A stretch of DNA of 64,000 nt, taken from contig OZ024740.1 in assembly GCA_964016885.1 (NCBI GenBank), forward strand, positions 351,230,001 through 351,294,000, in the 5' to 3' direction. Below, one piece after another: positions 42,701 through 59,622 of the stretch. A program made the translations under genes and the position numbers. Below the pieces are notes generated by a model. That model did no database searches, had not been told where the DNA came from, and saw only the letters and a list, made by a program, of their open reading frames with translations. The DNA comes from Eledone cirrhosa (lineage: Eukaryota). Every line of letters starts with the position of its first letter. Position 1 is the stretch's first letter.

Positions 42701-43165
42701 TGTGCATATACACTCATGAATACACATACATACACACGTAAGTATGTTTCATACGCACAATAAATAACATACAAATACACAACACAAACATACGGACACA
42801 GACAAAAATATATATAGAATAGAGTTAAAGAAAAAGGACAGAATAATCCATGCATGAGCTTAGGTCTAAGCTAACGTGATGTTTTTCGCTATCCTACAGA
42901 TTTTTCCACTTCAGCAAATAATGGCATTATTGACTGGAAAAGAAGACAGTCACGTCAACTGTTTCGAATCAATGAAGCAATGAAAGATGTAGCATACAAC
43001 TGGTTTCGATTGACTGATTGCACTAGTCATGTGTTGAAGTGTTGAAATACTTTTGTAAATGAGGAAGATGGATACATAGAAAATTCAGTAGGCAAACACT
43101 GCCATATGTACACATATAACGTACGCCTACATATATGCATTATATGTATTTCACTTCATATTTAG

Positions 43166-43244
<79 letters not shown>

Positions 43245-43305
43245 GTATATATATATGTATGTATATATATATATATATGTATATATATATGTATATGTAT
43301 GTATG

Positions 43306-43336
<31 letters not shown>

Positions 43337-43351
43337 GTATATGTATGTATG

Positions 43352-43382
<31 letters not shown>

Positions 43383-43417
43383 GTATATGTATGTATGTAT
43401 ATATATGTATATATATG

Positions 43418-43491
<74 letters not shown>

Positions 43492-43498
43492 TATATAT

Positions 43499-43542
<44 letters not shown>

Positions 43543-43594
43543 TCACTAAACTCTACTAAATTCAGTTCTCTCTGTGTATGAGTGCATGTTTATA

Positions 43595-43683
<89 letters not shown>

Positions 43684-44377
43684 ATGTGTGTGTGTGTGCA
43701 TATTTATTTATGCATGTATTTTTGTGTGAGTATTTATATATACTTGAATTTATTGGTCGCTAATAAATATAAATGGAAGTATTTCTTCGACAAGATCATA
43801 ACATTCCGATATGCCACTACTGGAAACAAGTATCTATGCATGGATTACTGTTTGACATCGTTTGAGTTCGTGATACTGTCGGGAGGAGCCGAAATCGTTG
43901 AAATCTCAAGTCGACGGCTGATGAAGGGAATATACTGCAATGTAAGCTGTATGTAGAATATTCCATGGAAGTGCTTATATTCTTTTTTGAAATCGATACC
44001 AGGGTAATTTCACTGAGTTATTTAGTTACACTTTTTTATGTATCGAATTCGATTCCTGTTGGCGTCAATGAAATAAAAATCGAATAGAAACCGATAAAAC
44101 CAATAGACGGGTCACATTCTCTAAAGGTCCTTATTCCATTTACAATGGGAGGCTTTGCGGATATGAAGGGCAATAGCATTGAGCTGTTAGTCGATGGGAA
44201 TATTTGTCTCTGTAGAGAAATTATTGAAAGTGTTTACACTTCATTCTTTTGAGAAAGAATGCTATTGATTAAAAATCTGACGTTATATCAATCTTAAATC
44301 TACATTAAATGATCTAATACACATTGGGATCTCACATAATTACTATTCAATATATATATAATTATATATATATATAT

Positions 44378-44608
44378 TTCGTTTCTGAATTTGTTTAGCA
44401 AGATTTTTTATCTGAAAACGTGTGGTGAAACCGATATTGTTATGCTTTGGGAGGGTCATGTTGCCAATAAGAAACACACTCACCGGTTGCGTTCACTTCA
44501 ATTTATTATAAATTAAATTTATAAATTTAATTTATAATAAATTGAAGTGAAAGCAATTGGTGCGTGTGTTTCTTATTGGCAACATGACCCTCCCAAAGCA
44601 TAACAATA
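44378..44608. mobile_element. Zero-spacer foldback of PLE terminus (family D relative), tail on left
   Basis: Arms 44434-44521 / 44522-44608; tail 44378-44433 homologous to the tail at 54689-54746. Confidence 0.75.
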
Positions 44609-44669
44609 TATATATATATATATATATACATATATACACACACATACATACACACACACACATATATAT

Positions 44670-44742
<73 letters not shown>

Positions 44743-44745
44743 GAG

Positions 44746-45076
44746 TAAAGACCCCCTTTTGTCTCAAATGACCATGGGATTTGCACCTAGAAAGTTCCCC
44801 TCCTAGGCATAAGTCTGGGCAAAGTTGTTTTGTGGAAGACCAGCAGTGGCCCATGCATACCAATCTCCCCACTCCATGGATGTTTTCCAAGGGAAAGGCT
44901 AAGGCTGTTACAGCTTGACACCAGTGACGTCTCAACTCATTTCTACAGCTGAGTATACAGGTGCAATGTGAAAGTGTCTTACTGAAGGACACAACGCATC
45001 ACCCGGTCCAAGAATCGAACTCACAACCTTATGATTACAAGCCCAATGCTCTAACCACTAAGCCATGGGCCTTCAC
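44746..45076 (-). mobile_element. tRNA-derived SINE with V-like core
   Basis: Minus strand box A tggcttagtggttagagc, box B gagttcgattc, core gcgttgtgtcctt..gtaagacacttt...actcagctgtagaaatgagtt. Confidence 0.75.
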
Positions 45077-45098
45077 ACTCACTCACATATATATAAAA

Positions 45099-45296
45099 CA
45101 AAGAAAGTGTTGTAAGATACCAGGTGAACTATAACGCACGAGGGTACTCGATACTTAGGGTAGTAGAGTGGGTAATAGGAAAAGAGTCAGGAGCCGACGG
45201 CTGAGCTTCAGCCGTTTCGACAGCTAGATCCGAACTCATGTTTGGATCTAACTATCGAAACGGCCGGAGCTCAGCCGTCGGGGTCCTGACTCTTTT

Positions 45297-45359
<63 letters not shown>

Positions 45360-45498
45360 CGAAGGAGTTGTGGTAAGGAACCAGATGGACCATAACGCAC
45401 CAGAGTACTCAATACTTAGGGTAGTAGAGTGGGTAATAGTCCAGAAATAGCCGTCGAAACGTCTTGAGCTCTGCCGTCGGAGTCATACTTTTTCCTAT
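45099..45498. mobile_element. Two short family-B foldback insertions (45099-45300; 45358-45498)
   Basis: Tail on minus strand plus a flush arm ending ttttccta|(TA)n; homologous to 19790-19928. Confidence 0.8.
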
Positions 45499-45513
45499 AT
45501 ATATATATATATA

Positions 45514-46414
45514 TTTCAGTTTAGTAGTCAGTTACAAATATTAAGCTCTAAGAAAATACTTCTGAGCATTACATTACAATTTAAAATAATATATGACAAC
45601 ACTAATGTGTTTTTTTTGCAAAATGACAATAATTTTTTAGCCAGATAGAAATACCTTAATTCAAGTACATATAGTCCGTCTGTATCGATCTAGAAAATAT
45701 TAAATATTAAATCTATACTTACAGACGTAAAATGGCAACTGCCTGGTGCCTAGACAAGTTTAAATTTCAAAATTCAAACCTTTTCAGCAGATCGGGCGGA
45801 ACTTCAAAACATAAACCTGTTTCACAAGGGATGGTATACTAATGAAATAATTAATTAATTAATTACGGAACAACTATTTATAAAATAATTATTAGTGAAG
45901 TAATCAATTTTCTGTGATCTTCGGTAGGCACCCAGAAATTAAAATCACTTCTCCTAAGATAATTAATCTGCTCCTCCGGTTGAGCTGAATTCATAATCAC
46001 ATATTCACGGCTGTTATTTCTAGCGCCATGGATATGAACCAGAATGCTGAGAAGGTCGTGTGCAAAAGCACATGTATTAGGCTTGCGACAGATCAGTCTT
46101 AAGATAATTTTATAAATAGTTGTTCCGTAATTAATTAATTATTTCATTAGTATACCATCCCTTGTGAAACAGGTTTATGTTTTGAAGTTCCGCCGGATCT
46201 GCTGAAAAGGTTTGAATTTTGAAATTTAAACTTGTCTAGGCACCAGGCAGTTGCCATTTTACGTCTGTAAGTATAGATTTAATATTTAATATTCTCTAGA
46301 TCGATACAGACGGACTATATGTACTTGAATTAAGGTATTTCTATCTGGCTAAAAAATTATTGTCATTTTGCAAAAAAAAACACATTAGTGTTGATCATAT
46401 ATTTTTTTAAATTG

Positions 46415-46418
<4 letters not shown>
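45514..46418. mobile_element. Foldback element family H (arms 45573-45886 / 46107-46418; tail 45514-45572) in (TA)n
   Basis: About 313 bp near-perfect inverted repeat with about 220 bp spacer; same asymmetry as the PLE foldbacks. Confidence 0.7.
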
Positions 46419-46464
<46 letters not shown>

Positions 46465-46467
<3 letters not shown>

Positions 46468-46644
46468 GATAAATCTACCAAGAGTTTACGGTAGTGTCCA
46501 ATCCGTATGAAGAACTCAATGTATTCCGGATATCATGGAAAGAAGAGATGTAATGAAAAACCACTTTCGGTGAAAGATAAACGGTATACAGAGTCAAGAT
46601 AAAATATTAAACAAATAATGAATAAACAATTCCTTATATTAAAC

Positions 46645-46676
<32 letters not shown>

Positions 46677-47021
46677 CATTATTTAACGATCGTTTCTAGG
46701 ATATATATGTGTTAGAATTGGTATGCATATTCAACAGATCTATGTACAAAATTATACAAAATTATACAAATTATCAAGATTAAATATACATACCAAACAC
46801 ATATATACGCCGTCTTCAGAAATAATTATTTCTGAAGACGGCGTATATATGTGTTTGGTATGTATATTTAATCTTGATAATTTGTATAATTTTGTATAAT
46901 TTTGTACATAGATCTGTTGAATATGCATACCAATTCTAACACATATATATCCTAGAAACGATCGTTAAATAATGAACTTTTTTTGTTTAATATAAGGAAT
47001 TGTTTATTCATTATTTGTTTA

Positions 47022-47029
<8 letters not shown>
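46465..47029. mobile_element. Zero-spacer foldback of family A with two head-to-head HHRs (46679-46825 minus; 46826-46972 plus); tail 46465-46599
   Basis: Centre cagaaataa|ttatttctg at 46825/46826; CUGAAGA...GAAACGAUCGUU in both arms. Confidence 0.88.
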
Positions 47030-47109
<80 letters not shown>

Positions 47110-47162
47110 TAGTAAAACAATAGTTAGTTCACCATTCCGAGAACAATTGTTTCCCCTTGAGT

Positions 47163-47203
47163 CCGAGCTGAAGATCCGCATAAGGTGAAACAATTGTTCT
47201 CGG
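47163..47203 (+). ncRNA. Minimal type I hammerhead ribozyme (family E) inside a small foldback 47107-47298
   Basis: Stem I CCGAG/CUCGG, CUGAAGA, short stem II, GAAA, C-AAUU-G, GUU site at 47198. Confidence 0.85.
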
Positions 47204-47294
47204 TATGGTGAACTAACTATTGTGTTACTACTTCCACCAGACTCGTCCCATGGACTGAGTGCTCTACCACTACAGATATTACCTTCCGGTGTTC

Positions 47295-47385
<91 letters not shown>

Positions 47386-48006
47386 GTATATATGTGTATC
47401 TATATAGACATCACTCTTGTCTATTTCACTCTTCCTGGTAACCTCTTGCTTTTTTCTCTCATTTTCCCTACCGTCTTTTCTCTCCTAACTTCTCTCCCAC
47501 TTTCGTCTTTTTTCTGACGAAGGACTAACGTCCAATACGTTTAAGACACTTCTTTTTTAATTTATACAACCGTGAACATAACAATACTTTTTTGAAATAG
47601 TTCTCCGCGTCTGATTTCACTGTTGACTCTGTACTATACACACACACACACACACACACACATTGATATAGGGTATTCTTTCAGTGTGCACCTTCGACGT
47701 TCCCTGTTATGCAAACGCAATAATAATAATAAAATAAAAAATAACAGAAGGACACTTTGTTTTTGTCTATCTACACCCATGCCGGAATGGAAAAATGGAC
47801 GTAACATGATGATGATTGGGATACACAGACACGCACATATACATACATATATATATATATATATGTACATATGCATATATATATGTGTGTGTGTGTACGT
47901 ATGTCTTTGTGCATATATATATATGTGTGTGTGCATATATATATATATGCATATATACATATATTTACATATATGTATGTATGCATGTATTATACATGTA
48001 TACATG

Positions 48007-48052
<46 letters not shown>

Positions 48053-48294
48053 CGGAGCCATAGACTCTCGCTATTCCCTGTCAATAATGTGCTCCAAGGA
48101 GAAAGAATCCTGAGCTCTTAAAAATACAATATGTTGAAAAGGTAACACACTAGAGAGAGATAGTGCGCCATCAATAAAACAGGGAAAACTACCAGTGTAT
48201 GAAATCTATAACCTATGAAAGGCAGGGTAGACACACGATAATTAAAAATATAAACTAAAGTGTATCTATATGATTGTTCAGTTGAATAGGAGGT

Positions 48295-49067
48295 TAATAC
48301 GAACATGCCAGACAACAACACGACGGTAACATAGACAACATAAAAATTAGAATAATATCTAAACATAGAAATGACCCAGCAGATAGGCAAATCAGAGAGG
48401 CCAGTGAAATAGAACTTAGAAGGCCAAGGCTAAACAGAAAGAATGAATGGAATAACAACAACACCCAAACAAACAACACTGACCTAAGAGAAGTATAAAT
48501 AAATAAATAGATAAATAAATAAATAAATACATACACAAGCACAATAACAACAAACACATATAAACACACACTAGTAAAGATAGAATACATTAACCAATAC
48601 ACAGTCACCCAATCACTAACACACAACAAACAAAACACTATACACACACGCAAACGCATGCGCAAAGAAGACAAAATAAAATAAACTAATAAATAAATAT
48701 ATAAACAGACTAAATAAAGATGGCGTAGAAAATACAATGCAACGGGAGGAAACAATAGCACCACTGACGTTGTTGCAGATGTGCAACGAAAGAACTTTGA
48801 TAAACTATATATATGTGTTTGTATCTATATTGTATCTGTAATATTTTTGACCGTTGGTCAGTCAATGGCAACATTGAGGACCGAATAAATTAGATTACCG
48901 ATATAAAAGACACAGAAGTGAAAAACGAAAACCAACCAAACAGTGAGTGTGTTCTGTTATTAATTCTGGCAATATTACACAAATATGACCTTCCCCAAGT
49001 ATAACAATATTTGTTTCGACACACGATTTCATATCAAAAACATCGCAAAACTAATTCATCGCCGTTA
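48295..49067 (+). mobile_element. PLE 3' end, family D (GIY-YIG C-terminus + pLTR + tail)
   Basis: [49 protein letters not shown]; degenerate HHR at about 48761-48800. Confidence 0.75.
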
Positions 49068-49087
49068 TATTTATATATATATATATT

Positions 49088-49136
<49 letters not shown>

Positions 49137-49155
49137 ATTTATATATATATATATT

Positions 49156-49186
<31 letters not shown>

Positions 49187-49227
49187 AAATATATTTATAT
49201 ATATATATATTTATATATATATATATT

Positions 49228-49312
<85 letters not shown>

Positions 49313-49337
49313 ATGTTTATATGGACATACTTTATAG

Positions 49338-49375
<38 letters not shown>

Positions 49376-49693
49376 TATATATATTTATATATATATATTT
49401 ATATATATATATAGACCTACTATATTAAATCTTTGTTGGTTTTATTCAATGAACAAATATAATTATTTCTGAGGTCAGCATATAACCTATTTTCATCCCT
49501 AAAATAATCTTTCATTCATAATATTCTTTCCATCCAAAACTGAAATCTACCTTCCTCTACCCATAAATTAAGGTTCTTTTACTACTATATTACTATCTTG
49601 ACCTTCACTATCTTTCTATTGGTCAATTCAAAACCTGTTCCCAAACAGACCTATTGTATTAAATCTTTGTTGTTTTTTTTCAATAAACAAATA

Positions 49694-49831
49694 TCATTAT
49701 TTCTGAAGACAGCATATATATGTGTAGGTATGTATATTCCCTCTGATAGTTTGTAAACATTTTACATAGATCTATAGGATATGCATACCAACACTAACAT
49801 ATATATCCTAGAAACGATCGTAAAATGATGA
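49694..49831 (+). ncRNA. Hammerhead ribozyme family A, diverged subfamily
   Basis: UCAUUAUUU/AAAUGAUGA, CUGAAGA, about 100 nt stem II, GAAA C GAUC G, GUA site at 49822. Confidence 0.85.
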
Positions 49832-49888
49832 ATTTTTTAATATAAGGAACTGTTTCTTTGTTTATTCATTATTTTATTAATTTATATT

Positions 49889-49919
<31 letters not shown>

Positions 49920-50006
49920 ATACTTATATATATATATTTATATATATATTTATATATATATTTATATATATATTTATATATATATTTATATATATATTTA
50001 TATATA

Positions 50007-50152
<146 letters not shown>

Positions 50153-50174
50153 TATATATATATATATATATTTT

Positions 50175-50262
<88 letters not shown>

Positions 50263-50327
50263 AATATATTTAAATATATTTATATATATATTTATATATA
50301 TATATTTTTATATATATATATATTTAA

Positions 50328-50360
<33 letters not shown>

Positions 50361-50374
50361 TTTATATATATATA

Positions 50375-50451
<77 letters not shown>

Positions 50452-50673
50452 AGATAAGCAGAACAAGTAAAAATTCAATCAATTTTTCAAAATAAATCAA
50501 AATTAATATACAATCAAAATTAATCAAAATTAAAAAATATAATATAAATATTTACCTATTCTAATGGCCCTAACTGTACAGTTTCACGGTGCAAAACATT
50601 AAATATCACCAGGATATTAATGGAAAAGCAACGATCATCAGAGAAGCATTTTCCTGTCCTAGGGTTAAAAACC

Positions 50674-50786
<113 letters not shown>

Positions 50787-50857
50787 GTATATTTATATAT
50801 ATAAAAATTATAACCGTAATAGAAATAGGAATAAGAGTAAGAATCACACCGTAAATA

Positions 50858-50958
50858 ATTGTTTCTACTTTTTGGCACAAGGCCAGTAATTAACCAGTAC
50901 ATTACTGGTACTTTATTTTATCGACCCCGTAAGGATGAAAGGCAAAATGCAGCTCGGC
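50858..50958 (-). mobile_element. Meta-core SINE fragment
   Basis: Same family as 20021-20178. Confidence 0.65.
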
Positions 50959-50959
50959 C

Positions 50960-51922
50960 AACAACCTGCCCAATACCAATGGCAGTAATACTAATAACGG
51001 CGTGATTGGAGTTAAAGATAGAAACCAAGGAAATGGAAACGACAATGGCACTGGTAGTAACCTAAATAACGCAGCACAGCCGCATCAAGTAAACTCTAAC
51101 AGTAATAACCCCCTAAATAGGAGAAATAGGAAAAATAGAAGGCAAAACACTTATTTCAACCCACCTTATAACTCCGAAGTCCTTACCAACCTTCCTAGAA
51201 CATTCTTCTCGATACTAGAAAAGAACTTCCCGCCAGGCAGTAGATATCACAGGATTATTAATAAAAATACAATTAAATTATCCTATTCTACTACACCTAA
51301 TCTACCCTCACACTTAGCACGCACAAATAATAGGAAAATTAGGGAAGGTTTTGAGACCATCAGATCTGCAAATAACCACCAACCACCTAACCCACTGGGA
51401 AATGGTTTGCCTGATGGAGATAGTGACCCACCAAATGCACAAGTAATGCCTCGGGATAGTGCAAACAGCCACTCGTCCCGACGCATGTTGAATGACACAA
51501 TCCGCAACTGTAATTGTAGGCGGAGAGATAGTTGCCCTCTCAGGGGCTACTGCCTCATGAAAAATATAGTCTACGCTTTTGACGTCACAACACCTACCTC
51601 TACCAAAACCTACATTGGCTCAACATCCACCTCGTTTAAAACGAGATATAACTCACATAGAAGCATCTTTAGGCATGATAGGCTTAAGAATACAACCTCG
51701 TTGGCAGGCTACATTTCTGTTTTAAAAAAAACCGGCACCTCCTGTACTCTTAATTGGAGACAGGTGGCCAAGTCTGCACCTTATCGCCCACCGAGCAAAA
51801 TGTGTAAACTGTGCCTTCTGGAAACTCACGCCATAGTTTACTCCAGACAAAACCTGCTCAATAGGAAATCTGAGATATGTTCCTCCTCAGCACAGAATCC
51901 TAAGCTCTTTCTTCTATTTTAA
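50960..51922 (+). mobile_element. 5'-truncated PLE: linker + GIY-YIG
   Basis: YFNPPYN, IKLSYSTTPN, CNCRRRDSCPLRGYC, IVY...YIGSTS..FK.RY..H, CKLC..E. Confidence 0.92.
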
Positions 51923-53744
51923 GCCGAGTATCTAGATAAGCCGTTCTTAACTTAGGTTATTTTTATTTTTATTTTCTTTAGCACTCATTTATCTTGTTCT
52001 TTAGCACTCATTTATCTCTTCAACTTGCATACCCCTTAATGTTCCCGCACCCAACTGGTATGAGGGGGACGCCAACTTTGATCTCGCTGGATTTGACCTG
52101 AATTTGAGGAATGCTACATTTTAGTGTGGTAAGATCACCCTGCGTTTATAGAGATCAATCAATGTAGAAATAGTGCTAACAACAGTGTTATATATATGGG
52201 TCCCAAAAGGATTGCTCCTATAGCAGACTCTAGTGATTATTACTGTTTCATGCTATGAGTGAACCCGACATTGATGCCATAACCGGCATCAGTGTGAGTA
52301 AACAGCTCATGCCAGGGGGGTATCTGATATCGCGTTGATTGTCTCTGGCGGGTTTGGTCAAACTGGGTACAATCTAGAGTTGTCCCCCTTCTCACGGAAT
52401 AATTTAATATGTATCTTCGTAAATAGACGACCAGACTGACCTCCCTTACCCTTCCTTCAAGGGAATGGCCGGGCTGCTAGGAGCGTTATGATGTCCACTC
52501 GAAATGTTTACTACGTCATCATATTCTGAGTGTTGATCTTTGAATGTGGGCAAAGTGAAGAACACAGAACGCTGTAAACACTGGAATTAAACGGTCAATT
52601 GATTTGATTTAATTAAATTAAAGCATATTGGATTACCATTGTACCAGGTTGAAATATAGTAAGCGATACTGTGGATGCGCTGAATCTACCTTACAGCTTG
52701 ATACGTATAATTACATCTATACTTATATAACTTGGATAATTTGAGTCATTCGTTACACCACGTGGTATGCTGGTAAACTTAGGATTGCATGGATTCACAG
52801 CCCCACAGCTATCAGTATTGATAACTGATAACGGCATGAGACTGGAGTAGATGATATTGTAATCGTAAGGGGTAACACGGACGAATGGAACACGTAGATA
52901 CATGTATGTATGTATGTATATTTATATATATATATATGTGTGTGCGTGTGTAAGTGGGTCTATGTAGACTTACACACACACACACGCAAACGTTATACTC
53001 TACTCTATATCTATGATGATTGCTTTCACCTGCTTCCACTACACTTTGCTCTAGCGACCTATATGTTCTGTGAACCACACAGATAAATTGCATTTGAACG
53101 CCACCTATAACACTTGTTGCCATACTGTGATGGATACATGGAATTCCACTATATGATCGCTTTATCTGGCTCCCGCTATATCTGACTCTGCCTACATTCA
53201 CTTTGATTGCTATTATTCTTAAACTGTCACCTCTGAATTCCTTTACTGTCTACAACCATATTTATTTGCATTGTTTATATAATGTGTTATCTTTTATGTT
53301 TCATTCTTATTTTTATTTTTATCACCTCCTATTTTATTGTAATGTTTATTTTTATTATTTGTTATTATTTTTTTTATTATTTTTATATATTTCCTTATAT
53401 TATCATCACTTTATTGTTATCTTTATTTTATCCTTACTTCTAGACTCTACCCTTTACGTTTTATCTCTTATCTTTAATTTCCTTATCTTTAATTATCTTT
53501 CCTTATTTCTCCTTATTTTTCCTTATCTTTAATTATTGTAACTGATTTTGGTCTTATATGTATCGGCTTCTAGCGGTGACGCGTCGTCCAAGCACCCAAC
53601 TCTTCTTAGTCCCCTGTGCTACATATGGATCGCTCTTGTGATAAAGGTCGGTAGAGTTTATATTATTGATCAAATTCCTCTTTATAACGCTCTGATGGGT
53701 CCTGCAATTATGCAAATTATGTAAATATATATATATATATATAC

Positions 53745-53787
<43 letters not shown>

Positions 53788-53791
<4 letters not shown>

Positions 53792-54002
53792 AACGAGTAG
53801 GACCCCGACGGCTGAGCTCAAGCCGTTTCGACGGCTAATTCTGGACTAAAAACTTTTTTTTTAGTCCAGAATTAGCCGTCGAAACGGCTTGAGCTCAGCC
53901 GTCGGGGTCCTACTCGTTCCTATTACCCACTCTACTAATCTAAGTATTGAGTACTTTGGTGCGTTATGGTCCATCTGGTTCCTTACCACATTTCCTTCGT
54001 TA
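53788..54002. mobile_element. Short family-B foldback (flush left arm, tailed right arm) in (TA)n
   Basis: Inverted arms about 65 bp; only the 3' half of the HHR is present. Confidence 0.85.
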
Positions 54003-54008
54003 TATATT

Positions 54009-54090
<82 letters not shown>

Positions 54091-54097
<7 letters not shown>

Positions 54098-54743
54098 ATA
54101 CTTGGGGAGGGTCATATTTGTGTAATATTGCCAGAATTAATAACAGAACACACTCACTGTTTGGTTGGTTTTCGCTTCTCGCTGTCTTTTATATCTGTAA
54201 TCTAGCTTACTCGGTCCTCAATGTTGCCATTGACTGACCGACGGTCAAAAATATTACAGATACAATATAGACATAAACACATATATTTAGTTTACATAAT
54301 TTACATAAATCTTTCGTTGCACATCTGCAAAATCGTCAGTGGTGTTATATTTTCCTCCTGTTGTGTTGTATGTCTACGCCATTTTTTGAATAAAAAATGG
54401 CGTAGACATACAACACAACAGGAGGAAAATATAACACCACTGACGATGTTGCAGATGTGCAACGAAAGATTTATGTAAATTATGTAAACTAAATATATGT
54501 GTTTATGTCTATATTGTATCTGTAATATTTTTGACCGTCGGTCAGTCAATGGCAACATTGAGGACCGAGTAAGCTAGATTACAGATATAAAAGACAGCGA
54601 GAAGCGAAAACCAACCAAACAGTGAGTGTGTTCTGTTATTAATTCTGGCAATATTACACAAATATGTCCCTCCCCAAGTATAACAATATTTGTTTCGACA
54701 CACGATTTCATATAAAAAACCTCGCTAAACTAATTCATCGCCG

Positions 54744-54746
<3 letters not shown>
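54091..54746. mobile_element. Family D foldback (arms 54091-54387 / 54392-54688; tail 54689-54746) with HHR-like motif 54438-54475
   Basis: About 297 bp near-perfect inverted repeat with 4 nt spacer; CUGACGA-u-GUUGCA/UGCAAC-GAAA. Confidence 0.85.
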
Positions 54747-54825
<79 letters not shown>

Positions 54826-54879
54826 ATATATTTATATATATGAAATATAAGAATCAAAGAACTGTTCAAAACATTATTG

Positions 54880-54926
54880 TGCTTACAGCTGTTTCCTACG
54901 AACCGAGGTTTGGATTCTTCGGAGCA
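54880..54926 (-). ncRNA. Degenerate minimal hammerhead
   Basis: UGCU/AGCA, CCGAAGA (U4C), imperfect stem II, GAAA C AGCU G, GUA. Confidence 0.55.
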
Positions 54927-54944
54927 ATTTATTAATACTATTTA

Positions 54945-58180
<3,236 letters not shown>

Positions 58181-58183
58181 ATA

Positions 58184-59121
<938 letters not shown>

Positions 59122-59194
59122 ATACATCTATATATACATATATATATATATATTTATTTATAGATATATATATTTATATATATATATATATATT

Positions 59195-59300
<106 letters not shown>

Positions 59301-59303
59301 ATT

Positions 59304-59338
<35 letters not shown>

Positions 59339-59374
59339 ATTTATATATATATATATTTATATATTTATATATAC

Positions 59375-59408
<34 letters not shown>

Positions 59409-59585
59409 ATATATTTATATATTTATATATACATATATATATATATTTATATATTTATATATATATATATTTATATATTTATATATTTATATATACATAT
59501 ATATATATTTATATATATATATATTTATATATTTATATATACATATATATATATTTATATATATATATTTATATATTTATATATT

Positions 59586-59622
<37 letters not shown>

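Noticed and set aside
43914-43975. CUGAUGA + stem + GGAA hammerhead-like motif
   Set aside because: GAAA is mutated and there is no stem I pairing; at best a relic.
45660-45680. catatagtcc resembling the group I intron S element
   Set aside because: No matching upstream R/P7 partner or room for the core; likely chance.
54091-54746. Foldbacks as DNA-transposon MITEs or LTR ends (TGTTAT start)
   Set aside because: Arms are asymmetric, contain HHR motifs and are contiguous with GIY-YIG coding sequence at 48295 and 58344. Only 34786-35007 fits a true MITE.
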